From the NCBI GenBank assembly GCA_965207065.1, contig OZ242260.1, positions 3,520,001 to 3,584,000 of the forward strand: a DNA stretch of 64,000 bases, written 5' to 3'. Within the stretch, counting starts at the first letter, position 1; every line of letters starts with the position of its first letter. The DNA is from a bacterium (GTDB taxonomy: Bacteria; UBA8248). A program made the translations under genes and the position numbers. The notes under the pieces are model-generated. The model worked only from the letters and a program-made list of their open reading frames with translations, was not told where the DNA came from and did not search any database. Shown piece by piece: positions 38,808 through 49,221 of this stretch.

Positions 38808-41696
38808 TTAATCGTCCAGTGCGTCGGCGAGCACCTCGGCGATGTGGAGCGCCTTCTTGCCGACGCCGGTTGAGATTTGCTGACGGCAGGAGACGCCGTT
38901 GGCGATAACCGCCGAATCTTCATCGCCTGCTCTGAGAGCCGGGAAGAGTTTCGTCTCGCCGATGGCGATCGAAATGTCGAAATGTTCTTTCTCGTAGCCG
39001 AACGAACCGGCCATTCCGCAGCAGCCCGAAGGAATCTGCGCCACCTCCAAATCTGGAATCATGCCCAATATCCCCAGGGAGGGGCCTGTGCCCACCAGGG
39101 CTTTCTGATGGCAATGGCCGTGGAAGAGGGCCTTTTGCTGTTTCGGGGTCTTGAATTTGAGATCCAGCTCACCCTTGTCATGCAGGTTCTGCAGAAATTC
39201 CTCGAGCATGTAGGAATTCTCCGCCAGGCGCCCCGCCGCATCACCCGCAACGAGGTCCGGATACTCATCCCGGAACGTGAGGAGACAACTCGGTTCGACG
39301 CCGATGATCGGAAGGCCCGCCTCTATCGCGGGAGCCAGCCTCGCAATGTTCTCCTCCGCCAGCTTCTGTCCCTCGCGCAAGAGTCCGTGCGATATCATGG
39401 GCCGCCCGCAGCAGCCCGTCTCCGCCAGCCCGACCTCGAAGCCGGCCGCTTCCAGCACCTTGACCGCGGCCTTACCGATCTCGGGGTAGTTGAAGTTCGT
39501 AAACGTATCGTTCAGGAACAACACTTTCCCCCGCGCGCCGACCCCGTTTCGAGCTGAAGGTCGGCTCTTGAACCATTCCTCGAATGTGGGCGTCACGAGG
39601 GGGGGGAGCCTTCTCCGCTTGTCGATGCCGAAGAACCTGTCCAGAAGCGTTCGCACGAAGCTGTTCCCGAGCGTCCAGTTCACGATGGGCGCGAGGGGGG
39701 CGCTCAGGCGATTGATTTGCGCGATGCGTCCCATCATTCGCACACGCAAGGGCACGCCGTTCTTGTCATAATAGGCCTGCAATACTTCGGCCTTGATTTT
39801 GGCCATATCCACGCTCGAAGGACACTCCGCCTTGCAGCCCTTACAGGAGATGCATAGGTCCATCACCTCATAAAGGCGTTCGCTGCCCAGATCCTCTCCG
39901 GGGATTCCGTTCGCGATGACTTCCCTGAGCGCGTTCGCTCGCCCGCGCGTGGAGTGTTCTTCTTCCATCGTCGCCTGGTAGGAGGGGCACATCGTCCCGT
40001 CTCGCTTGCGGCACGCGCCCACGCCGTTGCAAAGCTCGACCGCGCGCGCGAAGCCGCCGTCGCTCGAGAAATCCATGATCGTCGGTATCTCGGGCGTCTT
40101 GTAAGAGCCGTCGAAGCGCAGGTTCTCGGTGAAGGGGAGGGCGTGCACGATTTTTCCGGGGTTCATCCGGTTCTCGGGGTCAAAGAGCCGCTTCACCTCG
40201 ACGAACGCCCCGTAGAGTTTCTCGCCAAAAAACTTGGGCACCCACTGGCTTCTCGCCAGGCCGTCGCCGTGCTCTCCGCTCATCGCGCCGCCATATTCGA
40301 GCACGAGGTCCGAGACCTCCTCGGCGATGGCGGCCATTTTCTCGATTTCCTCATCTTCTTTGAGATTGATGAGCGGGCGCAGGTGCAGAAGACCCACGCT
40401 CGTGTGGCCGTAGTAGGAGGTTTCTGTGTCGTACTTCTTCATGATGGCTTCGAAATGCCGGTAATAATCCAGTAGATGCTCGGGGGAGACAGCGCAATCC
40501 TCCACGAATGCGCAGGGCTTCCAGTCCCCCCGGCGTCCCAGCAGAAATCCCAGACCCGCTTTTCGCATGTTCAGGCAGTCCTGCTTGTGGGCGGGGTCGT
40601 CCAGCGGAACGCGCGCGTAGCCGATGTTCTTTGTTTCCAGCTCATCGTGGAGGCGCCTGACTTTCTCTTTGGCCTCATCGTCGTCTTCGGCGAAAAACTC
40701 AATCGTCAGGAAAGAATCCGGATCGCCCACCACGAAGCTGCTCATGAGGCGCTGGGCTTCGAGGTTCTGCTTGGCGAGCTCGATGATCACCCGGTCGATG
40801 ATCTCTATCGCCGCCACGTCGTGGGCCAGGATCGTCGTGCTCGCGGCGAGAGCCTCCTCGATGCTGTGAAAATGAACCACGAGAACGCCGAGCGCTTTTG
40901 GCTTGGGGCACACGCGCACCTTGGCTTCCGTCACCACGGCCAGCGTGCCCTCGGCGCCCACCATGAGCTTGGCGAGGTTGAACGGCTGCGTATCTTTGGC
41001 GAGTTCATCGAGATTGTACCCGCTCACGCGGCGCATGATATTTGGGTAGCGGTCTGCAATCTCCACCCGCTGCTCGTCCACGATGTCCTTCAGCGCCTTA
41101 TGGAGCCTGCCTGTGCGCGAATCCTCTCGCATGATGTCTTCCAGAGACGCCGCGTCCAGGGGCCCGAAAGAGAAGGGCTCCCCATCTGCGAAATATCCCG
41201 AAACTTCGATGACGTGATCCACCGTCTTCCCGTAGACGATGGATCGCGAACCCGAAGAATTGTTCCCCAGCATGCCGCCGATGGTGGCGCGGCTGCTCGT
41301 GGAGGTATTGGGGCCGAAGACGAATCCGTGCGGGCTCAGGTAATCGTTGAAATGGTCCTGCACAAGGCCCGGCTGTACGCGCGCCCATTCCTCATCCGCG
41401 TTCAGTTCGATCACCTGGTTCATGAACTTGGAAAAATCGAGCACCAGCGCGTCACCCACCGTCTGGCCGGCGAGGCTGGTGCCGCCGCCCCGGGGCAGGA
41501 TGGCGGCGTTGTGCCTATTGGCGATTTGAAGTGTTTTTTGCACGTCGGCGTTCGTTTTCGGCAACACGACGCCCACGGGTTCTATTTCGTACATGCTTGC
41601 GTCGGTGCTGTATATTTTTCTCGTAAAGACGTCGAAACGCACCTCACCATCGATGGCTTCGCGTAATTCATCTTCAAGTGTTGCAGTAACTTCCAT
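38808..41696 (-). CDS. FAD-binding + Fe-S oxidoreductase (GlcD/GlcF fusion, YdiJ/D-2-hydroxyacid dehydrogenase-like)
   Basis: RGGGTSLAGQ, GEHGDG, CNGVGAC, CISCKGCKAECP, CCG motifs, HGHCHQ. Confidence 0.9.
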   Translation of the reverse strand: MEVTATLEDELREAIDGEVRFDVFTRKIYSTDASMYEIEPVGVVLPKTNADVQKTLQIANRHNAAILPRGGGTSLAGQTVGDALVLDFSKFMNQVIELNADEEWARVQPGLVQDHFNDYLSPHGFVFGPNTSTSSRATIGGMLGNNSSGSRSIVYGKTVDHVIEVSGYFADGEPFSFGPLDAASLEDIMREDSRTGRLHKALKDIVDEQRVEIADRYPNIMRRVSGYNLDELAKDTQPFNLAKLMVGAEGTLAVVTEAKVRVCPKPKALGVLVVHFHSIEEALAASTTILAHDVAAIEIIDRVIIELAKQNLEAQRLMSSFVVGDPDSFLTIEFFAEDDDEAKEKVRRLHDELETKNIGYARVPLDDPAHKQDCLNMRKAGLGFLLGRRGDWKPCAFVEDCAVSPEHLLDYYRHFEAIMKKYDTETSYYGHTSVGLLHLRPLINLKEDEEIEKMAAIAEEVSDLVLEYGGAMSGEHGDGLARSQWVPKFFGEKLYGAFVEVKRLFDPENRMNPGKIVHALPFTENLRFDGSYKTPEIPTIMDFSSDGGFARAVELCNGVGACRKRDGTMCPSYQATMEEEHSTRGRANALREVIANGIPGEDLGSERLYEVMDLCISCKGCKAECPSSVDMAKIKAEVLQAYYDKNGVPLRVRMMGRIAQINRLSAPLAPIVNWTLGNSFVRTLLDRFFGIDKRRRLPPLVTPTFEEWFKSRPSARNGVGARGKVLFLNDTFTNFNYPEIGKAAVKVLEAAGFEVGLAETGCCGRPMISHGLLREGQKLAEENIARLAPAIEAGLPIIGVEPSCLLTFRDEYPDLVAGDAAGRLAENSYMLEEFLQNLHDKGELDLKFKTPKQQKALFHGHCHQKALVGTGPSLGILGMIPDLEVAQIPSGCCGMAGSFGYEKEHFDISIAIGETKLFPALRAGDEDSAVIANGVSCRQQISTGVGKKALHIAEVLADALDD

Positions 41697-41900
41697 TCAG
41701 TACCTCATTGATTATAAACAAGAAATATATCTGTAATTCATATAATACTTTAGGTCCGACGAACGTCTTCATGATATGCCAGACCTGTTATAGAGACAAG
41801 GGAAGTATCGCTCCATTGCGCCTGCGTCGCCACACTCGTTTGCCAAAGGCGAGGTCGCGCGTTAAGTTTTGGGCAGAAGCCCAATAGAAGGAATGAAGCC

Positions 41901-42896
41901 TTGAATTACCAAGAAATGGCGCGGCGCGCCCTGAAAGATGAAAAACCCGGACGTGACGAGGCGCTCTCCGTCATCAATGCGCCCGATGATGAAATTCTTC
42001 AGCTTCTGGACGCCGCTTTTTCAGTCCGTCGCCACTATTTCGGAAAGAAAGTGCAGATTCACTACCTCATCAACGCAAAGAGCGGCATCTGTCCTGAGGA
42101 TTGTGGGTATTGCTCGCAATCCGCCGTCTCAAGCGCTCAAGTCGACAGATACGATCTGGTGGATGAGGAGCAACTCTTCGAGGGTGCAGCAAAGGCCGAA
42201 GCGGCCGGTTCGAGGCGCTATTGCATCGTCATCAGCGCGCGGGGGCCGTCGGACGCGGAAATCGATAAGCTTTGCCGCGCCGTCTCCGAGATCAAATCGC
42301 GCCATGGCCTCTCCATTTGCTGTTCTCTCGGCTTACTGGAAGCCTCCCAGGCCGCCAGGCTGGGCGAGGCGGGCGTCGACCGCTTCAACCACAACCTCAA
42401 TACGAGCGCGCGCTATTATCCCCAAATTTGCTCCACCCACACCTATGACGACCGCATGGACACACTGGGCGCTGCGCGCGGGGCTGGAATGGAACTCTGC
42501 TCGGGCGTCATTTTCGGGCAAGGGGAGAGCGCAGACGACGTCATCGACGTTTGTGAGGCGCTGAACGCGCTCGCGCCTGAATCCATACCGGTCAACTTTC
42601 TCAATCCAATCGGCGGCACGCCACTCGAGGGAAGGCCGCTACTCGGTCCGCTGGCCTGTCTTAAGCTGTTGTGCCTGATGCGCTTTTACAATCCTCGTTC
42701 GGAAATTCGCGTCGCCGGTGGAAGGGAAGTCCAACTGCGGGAATTACAGCCTCTGGCGCTCTATCCGGCCAACTCGATATTCGTGGACGGCTACCTCACG
42801 ACACCCGGCCAGGAATCGGCCATGGCGCACCGCATGATTCGAGACGCGGGCTTCGAGCTCGACGTCGAAGGCCATACCGACCCGGTTTTTGCGTGA
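41901..42896 (+). CDS. bioB: Biotin synthase
   Basis: NAKSGICPEDCGYCSQS radical SAM motif, NHNLNTS, SIPVNFL, RVAGGRE, ANSIFVDGYLTT. Confidence 0.95.
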   Translation: MNYQEMARRALKDEKPGRDEALSVINAPDDEILQLLDAAFSVRRHYFGKKVQIHYLINAKSGICPEDCGYCSQSAVSSAQVDRYDLVDEEQLFEGAAKAEAAGSRRYCIVISARGPSDAEIDKLCRAVSEIKSRHGLSICCSLGLLEASQAARLGEAGVDRFNHNLNTSARYYPQICSTHTYDDRMDTLGAARGAGMELCSGVIFGQGESADDVIDVCEALNALAPESIPVNFLNPIGGTPLEGRPLLGPLACLKLLCLMRFYNPRSEIRVAGGREVQLRELQPLALYPANSIFVDGYLTTPGQESAMAHRMIRDAGFELDVEGHTDPVFA

Positions 42897-42977
42897 CATA
42901 TAGTGATCAGGTAATATATTTATATTCAATATATTACACTTCATAATTGGATATATTACATTAACTAATGACCCGAG

Positions 42978-44202
42978 CTAATCCCTGAACTCATCTCGCA
43001 CTTCCGGCCCCGCCATGGCCACCCCGATAGGCTTGAGCACATGTAATATCCGTAGTGCGTCATCATGGAGCATTAACACCTCTTTGAGCCGCTTGTAAGC
43101 CTGCGGCGCTTCATCCGTATCCGCTCCACGAAGCACGACGCCAATATCCGTGACCCACTCATTCATCTGCTCGCGTGTGATAGCGCCTCCCTTGCGTATC
43201 ATGCGGCCCTTGCGCCATCTTTTTCTGCCTGCCGCCTTGGTTCTGCTCATCACCCGGCCGGCGCCATTGAACCGTGGAGAAGAGGAGAGATTTCGATCCT
43301 GGAGTATCCACACCCTCTGCTATGACGGAAATATCTCCCATGCTGCCGCCGATAAAACATTTCTGGCCGGGCCAGGCAGGTGTAGCGCCTTTGCGAACCA
43401 CGACACAGCGCATACCGTCGTGCTCTTCCTCCCAGGCGAAATTGTGGTGGTTATGCACTTCCCACTCAGACGCGGCGCCCAGGATATCGAGCACACGGCC
43501 CCCGACATAATCCCTTCCTGCATAGGCATAGCGTCCTGCTAGATTCATGGCGGCGAAATAGTCGTTCCCCAGGGGAGAGGAGAGAGAGAACACGGTGGCC
43601 CGGGCGTGCATCTCCTCACGGGCGGGGCTGTCATGAAAACGCCTGTTTTTGGCCAGATTCAAAAAGCCGGTGCATGTTTTGTGGCCAAAACCCCTGGAGC
43701 CGAAATGAATTCCGACCCAAAGCGCGTCGTCCACCTCGTCAACGAATAAATCGACATAGTGATTACCCGCGCCAATCGTCCCCAACTGCGAACGGGCCAG
43801 CGGCTTCAAATCCTCAAATTCGGGCATGATCTTCCATGTCGGGTCATCAAATAGCACATCGTCGATGGGTTCAGGATTTTTCCGGCCCATGCCGAATTCG
43901 AGGTTCTGAAATATTTCGTTCATGATCGCGGAGATTTCGGGACGCACGTCCGAGGCCCTCAGATTCGTTTTGATGGCTTTGTTTCCGCAAGCTATGTCAT
44001 AGCCTACGCCGCTGGGCGATACTGCGTTCTCATAGGCGATGATACCGCCGATGGGCATGGAATAGCCCAGGTGATGATCGGCGCACAGAGCGCCTGCTCG
44101 CGCTTCATCGTCGGCGAGACAGCACTCTATCTGGCGAAGAGCGCCTTCATCGACGGGATGCCCACGAATGGCAAGGGGTTTTCCTTGGAGGTGAGTCGTC
44201 AT
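42978..44202 (-). pseudogene. rtcB: RtcB RNA ligase split by a +1 frameshift
   Basis: ADHHLGY, GVGYDIACG, LGTIGAGNHY, HFGSRG, HNHHN, RKGATPA and GGSMG are in the 5' frame; GAGRVMSRT and DEAPQAYK are in the 3' frame. There is an extra base at 43267-43268 in the His codon of HGAGR. Confidence 0.85.
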
Positions 44203-44319
44203 GACTCATTCTATCATGCAGGGGAGTTCAAGAATAAGGGGCGCAAACGTCTCGGAATGTTATTTTACATAACATATCTTATCGTCATTATCTTGTGCGG
44301 CGAATTGCCGGGATTCCTG

Positions 44320-44991
44320 TTATTTGGCGGCTTTTTCGCTACCCAGCTTCGCTCGGATTTGCTCGGTTAAAAATGGGCTCTCAGGGTGTTTTTTACTTAA
44401 TTCCTCATAAGTCTTTCGCGCATCCTCCGCCCGGCCGAGTTTCTCCTGACAATCAGCTGTGGCGATATACAGATCTTCAGACGTGAGAAGGCTGCCTTTA
44501 TTGAGAATCGACTCCCATATCGGGATGGCTTCCGCGCAGGCTCCTTCCAGCATCAAGACGGATGCGATACCGCGCTTCGCCAATTCCTGGTCGGTCTCTG
44601 AAGAAATGCTGCTCTTCGCCACAAGCTCATATTGCGCCCGCGCTCCTTGGTATTCTTTTCTGTCGCGCAGCAAGGCTGCGAGATGTAGACGCGCCAGAAG
44701 ACCCGGACGAGAGCGTGGATATTCGTCGGCCACCTTTTGGTACGCGGCTTCCGCTGCTTCTCCCTGGCCGTCAGGGGAAGCGATTCTGGCCAATCCATAA
44801 GCCAAAGACGCTTTTTCGCGCGCGCGCTCATTCCACATGCGGTAGCCCACAAAAACAGCTGCCACTAAAATAACAACGCCCAGGCCCACATAAAGAATCT
44901 TTTGGTTCTCGATGAACCAGAGAACCACCTTTCTTCCATGTGTCTGCAGCGCATCCGGTTGACGAATATCTTTTCTGAATGTCCTGGCCAT
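44320..44991 (-). CDS. Membrane-anchored TPR protein (YfgM-like)
   Basis: N-terminal K.IRQPD, single TM, TPR helices (YQKVADEYP, YEELSKKHP). Confidence 0.8.
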   Translation of the reverse strand: MARTFRKDIRQPDALQTHGRKVVLWFIENQKILYVGLGVVILVAAVFVGYRMWNERAREKASLAYGLARIASPDGQGEAAEAAYQKVADEYPRSRPGLLARLHLAALLRDRKEYQGARAQYELVAKSSISSETDQELAKRGIASVLMLEGACAEAIPIWESILNKGSLLTSEDLYIATADCQEKLGRAEDARKTYEELSKKHPESPFLTEQIRAKLGSEKAAK

Positions 44992-45213
44992 CTTGATATG
45001 ATCCTTAAGTAAAAAAAGCTGCGTATCCGCGTCAAAGGCTTCAAAGGAAGCGTATCAACTATTATCGCGTAAATTATTCTGAATCAAGACCTCTCGTACG
45101 GTTTGCGTCGTTGGGAATAAGCGGGCGTAGTACGAAAAATGGAATGGAGCAACCCGTCAACCGCTCCCCTAAACGCGAATTTGTGGAGTTGGGGAAACAA
45201 ATCCAGACGAGTT

Positions 45214-45636
45214 TCAACGGTCCTTATCAAGAATTTCCAGTATTTCCCTGAGTTCTTTTCGAACCCACGTCATATCGATGTTTTCCAGACTTGAGTTCTC
45301 AAACGGCAACAGAGGAGCGACTTCCGGCTTGGCATCGGCAATCTTTTTCTCCTTGTTCGCTTCTGCTCTCGCCGCTCTTTGCTTTTGAAGTTGCTTCTTG
45401 GCTCCAGCTATTGTGAAGTTCTCTTCGTACAACAATTGCTTGATCGAAAAAACGAGCTCCACATCTTTGCGGCGGTATATTCTTTGTCCAGAGTCTCCTT
45501 TCGCCGGACGAAGCATACGGAACTCACTCTCCCAGTAGCGCAACACATGGGGCTTCGTACCGGTCAATTCCGCCACTTCACCAATCTTGAAAAATAACTT
45601 GTCGGGTATTTTCGGATTTTGGGCAGTCTGGGCCAT
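45214..45636 (-). CDS. MerR-family transcriptional regulator (ihfA-linked type)
   Basis: [28 protein letters not shown]...GQRIYRRKD...[12 protein letters not shown]. Confidence 0.9.
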   Translation of the reverse strand: MAQTAQNPKIPDKLFFKIGEVAELTGTKPHVLRYWESEFRMLRPAKGDSGQRIYRRKDVELVFSIKQLLYEENFTIAGAKKQLQKQRAARAEANKEKKIADAKPEVAPLLPFENSSLENIDMTWVRKELREILEILDKDR

Positions 45637-45646
45637 GTTCGACTCC

Positions 45647-46891
45647 CTATTTCCTCAACCTTCGGCGCACTACGATGGCATCTGAAAACCCGGCCGACCG
45701 GATTTTTTTCCTGAACGCCAAGGCCTGACTAAGGTTCGCGAACTTTCCGGTGCGAATTGTATAGAGCCGCCCTGTCCCACCACTTCGAACCCGGGAGGCA
45801 AGCCGACCACGAAAACCGGAATCCTCGACGCGATCCAGTAGAAGAGCAGCATCTTCTAAGTTTCTAAAACTTCCTGCAGCTACATTCCATTGATTATTCG
45901 AACGGTACACCTTGACCCCGATCTTTTTCTCCCTCGCTCTGCTTGCGAGAGCCCGGGCTTTACCAAGACTCGTAAACGAGCCGAGGCGCACCTCTGTAAT
46001 TTGAACACCGCGTCTCCTCGAACGGCTTGTGCTTGCAGCTCTGAATGCGGAAAACCCCTTGCTCTTCAAACGTTTCAAAAAAGAGGTTGCACAACGTTCG
46101 GTTCTGCAAGAAGCCACCTGAACGCTATAGTAAAAACCCCGAATCGCCTTTCGGGCGCTTGGTGCGTCTCTTCGAACTTTTGCTGCCGGCTTTTTCTTGG
46201 CAAGCTGGTTTCTGGGCGCCGCCTTCTCTTGCGGGGCTTTCTTCCCGGGCGTTTGCGCCGCCGGCATCGTTTCACGCCGTGGCTTCTTCATCTTTGGCGG
46301 AGTGACGGTCTTTTCCACCATGGCGGCAGCGGCTGTCGGTATCTTTTCAACTCGGGTTGGAGGCCTCGGTTTTTCCATCGTCGCCACAGCGGCGGTAGAC
46401 GCATTCCCTGGCTGTGCCGGAGACTTGGGTTGTCGACTCATCATCGGTGCTGCGGAGGTTCGCGGCGCATTCGCCTGCCGCGAAGGTTTGGGTCGTCCGG
46501 ATTGCATATTTCTACCCGGCGTGTCCCGGGATTTTTTTTCAACTTGTGAGCCTGCGGGCTGTGGAATCCGTCCAGGGGTGCCGGGAGCCTTTTGCGCGCG
46601 TTTCATTGCGCTTTTCATTTTCGCCAGTCGCATTTTCCTTTGCTGTTCTTGCTTCATGCGCTCTTTTTTGAGTTGCGCCGCCTTTTTCGTTTTGGGTAGC
46701 CACCAGAATTGATATCCCGCCCAAGCCACTCCACCCAGCATGACACATACGAACAGGATGACCATCAAGACATCGACGAAGCCGCCACTGCGGCGCTCAT
46801 AACTTCCCCCGTCGTCTCCAGAATCTCTCTCTGGCTCGTCTTCCCTATCCTCATCATCGCCTTCGAGAAGATTCACACCTTTTCTTGCCAT
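45647..46891 (-). CDS. SPOR-domain membrane protein
   Basis: Acidic N-tail, TM, Pro/Lys-rich linker, then YSVQVAS, VRLGSF and IRTGKF SPOR repeats. Confidence 0.75.
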   Translation of the reverse strand: MARKGVNLLEGDDEDREDEPERDSGDDGGSYERRSGGFVDVLMVILFVCVMLGGVAWAGYQFWWLPKTKKAAQLKKERMKQEQQRKMRLAKMKSAMKRAQKAPGTPGRIPQPAGSQVEKKSRDTPGRNMQSGRPKPSRQANAPRTSAAPMMSRQPKSPAQPGNASTAAVATMEKPRPPTRVEKIPTAAAAMVEKTVTPPKMKKPRRETMPAAQTPGKKAPQEKAAPRNQLAKKKPAAKVRRDAPSARKAIRGFYYSVQVASCRTERCATSFLKRLKSKGFSAFRAASTSRSRRRGVQITEVRLGSFTSLGKARALASRAREKKIGVKVYRSNNQWNVAAGSFRNLEDAALLLDRVEDSGFRGRLASRVRSGGTGRLYTIRTGKFANLSQALAFRKKIRSAGFSDAIVVRRRLRK

Positions 46892-46916
46892 TACAGGAAC
46901 CCTCTATATGCGAAAA

Positions 46917-49004
46917 TTATTCGCTCTCGCGGGCGACAGCCGCTTCAGAAATGATCTTTTCAGTAATCTGTCCCGGCACTTCCTCGTAATGAGAAAACTC
47001 CATGGAGAAATCTCCCCGATCCGCGGTCAGCGATCGCAGCGCCGGCGCATAGTTCAACACTTCCGCCATGGGAACCTGAGACTTGATGACCTGCTTGTCG
47101 CCGACACTGGGATCCATGCCAAGAACCCTGCCCCTGCGTGAATTCATGTCTCCGATGATGTCGCCCATGTACTCTTCTGGAACGATGATTTGCATATTCA
47201 TAATCGGCTCGAGAAGAGTAGGCCTGCACTCTTGAACACCTTTTTTGAAACCGAGAGAGCCGGCAATTTTGAACGCCATTTCAGAGCTGTCGACATTGTG
47301 AAAACTACCGTCATAAAGCGTGATTTTCAGATCTGTCACGGGGTAGCCCGCCAGGGTTCCAGAGTCCATTGCCTCCACAATCCCCTTCTCCACGGCCGGA
47401 ATGAATGTTTTAGGAATCGCTCCACCCACGATCTTGTCCACGAACTCGAACCCGCCTCCGCGCTGAAGCGGCTCAATCTCAAGCCAGGTGTCGCCAAACT
47501 GCCCTCGCCCACCAGTTTGTTTCTTGTAGCGGCCCTGCACCTTGATTCTGCCCTTAATCGTTTCCTTGTAGGGAACGCGGGGGGTCTTCATCTCTACTTC
47601 CACGCCATACTTGCGCTTGATACGCTCGACTATCACCTCGATATGCAAAACGCCCAGACCCGAAAGAAGCATCTCTTTTGTCTGAGGGTCACGGCTAACC
47701 GTGAGCGCAGGGTCCTCATCGCGCAAACGCGCGAGTGCCGTGCTGAGCTTCTCCTCATCACCCTTGCTCTTGGGCGCCAATGCGTAGGAGATGACGGGTG
47801 ACGGGAATTTGATCGGCTCGAACTCAACGGCGCCGGCCTCGTCGCAAAGCGTATCCCCCGTTCTCGTGGTTTTGAGCTTGGCGAGCGCAGCGATATCTCC
47901 CGGCACAAGTTTATCGGAAACGGGAGACTGCCCTTTCCCCTGGATGAAGAGCAAAGAACCGATTCTCTCCTTCTCCGATTGCGTGGTGTTGAGGACGCCG
48001 GTATCGGAAGACACTTCGCCTGAAATCACCCGGAAATAATTCAACTTGCCGGCGAAGGCGTCCACAACCGTCTTGAATACCAGGGCACGGAAAGGCTCGC
48101 CTGAATCCGCTTTGATGCTCACTTCTTCGCCGTTCGTGTTTTTCGCCTTGAATTCATGCGCTGAAGGCGAGGCGCCGAACTGCTCAATCGCTTGGAGAAA
48201 AAGATCCGTCCCTACGTTTTTCACACCACACCCGCATAAAACCGGCATGAAAGAACCTTCCTGAATCCCCTGACGTAATCCCTGGATAATCTCATCCGGC
48301 GAGAGTTCTTCTCCCTCCAGATACTTTTCGAGCGCTTCCTCGTTCGCCTCCGCCGCAAACTCGATAAGCTGCCCGCGGTACTCTTCATAGGCATCGGCAA
48401 GCTCCGCCGGAACGTCACTCTCCGCGCCTTTCCCATTCCCCTCCACCTCGTAGGTGTAAGCTTTCCCCGATATGAGATCGACGACACCATTGAAACCGGT
48501 TCCTGGATTCACGGGCAATTGCAACACCACGAGACGTTTGTCGATCGTCTTCTCCGCATATTCCATCGCGCGGCTTAAATCGGCTTGTTCATGATCCATC
48601 TGGTTCAGATATATGAATGTGCATAAACCCTCTTCTTCGGCCCAGCCCAGCACTTTTTCGGTAATCACCTTCGGCTCTGAATGCGCATTCAGGACGACGA
48701 CGGCGTTGTCACATGCATGAATGGCCGCAACGGTATCTGATATGAAATTCGAATACCCCGGCGTATCGAGAAGATTGAGCCGATGCCTGTTCCAGTTTGC
48801 GTAGGCCACTGCTCCCAGGATGGAAGAGTTTCGCTTCACTTCTTCGGGTTCGGAGTCGAGTATCGTGCTGCCGGCATCGACCTTTCCTTGCCTGTCGGTG
48901 CTACCCGAGGTGAAGAGGCAGGCTTCGATGAGGGAAGTTTTTCCGTTTCCTCCCTCTCCCACAAAAGCAACGTTTCGTATTTTTTCAGTTTCGTGCGCCG
49001 CCAT
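46917..49004 (-). CDS. fusA: Elongation factor G paralogue (EF-G2-like)
   Basis: IRNVAFVGEGGNGKTSL, DTPGY, KKQTGGRGQFG, DGSFHNVDSSEMAFKIA, LLEPIM. Confidence 0.88.
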   Translation of the reverse strand: MAAHETEKIRNVAFVGEGGNGKTSLIEACLFTSGSTDRQGKVDAGSTILDSEPEEVKRNSSILGAVAYANWNRHRLNLLDTPGYSNFISDTVAAIHACDNAVVVLNAHSEPKVITEKVLGWAEEEGLCTFIYLNQMDHEQADLSRAMEYAEKTIDKRLVVLQLPVNPGTGFNGVVDLISGKAYTYEVEGNGKGAESDVPAELADAYEEYRGQLIEFAAEANEEALEKYLEGEELSPDEIIQGLRQGIQEGSFMPVLCGCGVKNVGTDLFLQAIEQFGASPSAHEFKAKNTNGEEVSIKADSGEPFRALVFKTVVDAFAGKLNYFRVISGEVSSDTGVLNTTQSEKERIGSLLFIQGKGQSPVSDKLVPGDIAALAKLKTTRTGDTLCDEAGAVEFEPIKFPSPVISYALAPKSKGDEEKLSTALARLRDEDPALTVSRDPQTKEMLLSGLGVLHIEVIVERIKRKYGVEVEMKTPRVPYKETIKGRIKVQGRYKKQTGGRGQFGDTWLEIEPLQRGGGFEFVDKIVGGAIPKTFIPAVEKGIVEAMDSGTLAGYPVTDLKITLYDGSFHNVDSSEMAFKIAGSLGFKKGVQECRPTLLEPIMNMQIIVPEEYMGDIIGDMNSRRGRVLGMDPSVGDKQVIKSQVPMAEVLNYAPALRSLTADRGDFSMEFSHYEEVPGQITEKIISEAAVARESE

Positions 49005-49221
49005 CTACCTCAACTCCTCTGTTATCAGCCCTTTGGCGACGTGACGTTTGGAACGGGCCTCGCGCCAGACTCGGTGATAAGTTCGAAAACAAGCATACCA
49101 CAAATCCTGCCATTCAGAGTTCGCTTTGTCAATCAGATTGAAATACTTGCGGGGTATCATTAAAGCTGGGCATGAACTATGAAGATGTGCTTTCACCCCA
49201 AACTCTCGAAAATCCTTGAAG

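Noticed and set aside
42897-42977. AT-rich intergenic patches with IHF-like motifs (also near 13315, 24110 and 41705)
   Set aside because: The consensus is short and degenerate, so matches in AT-rich DNA are expected; not supportable as features.
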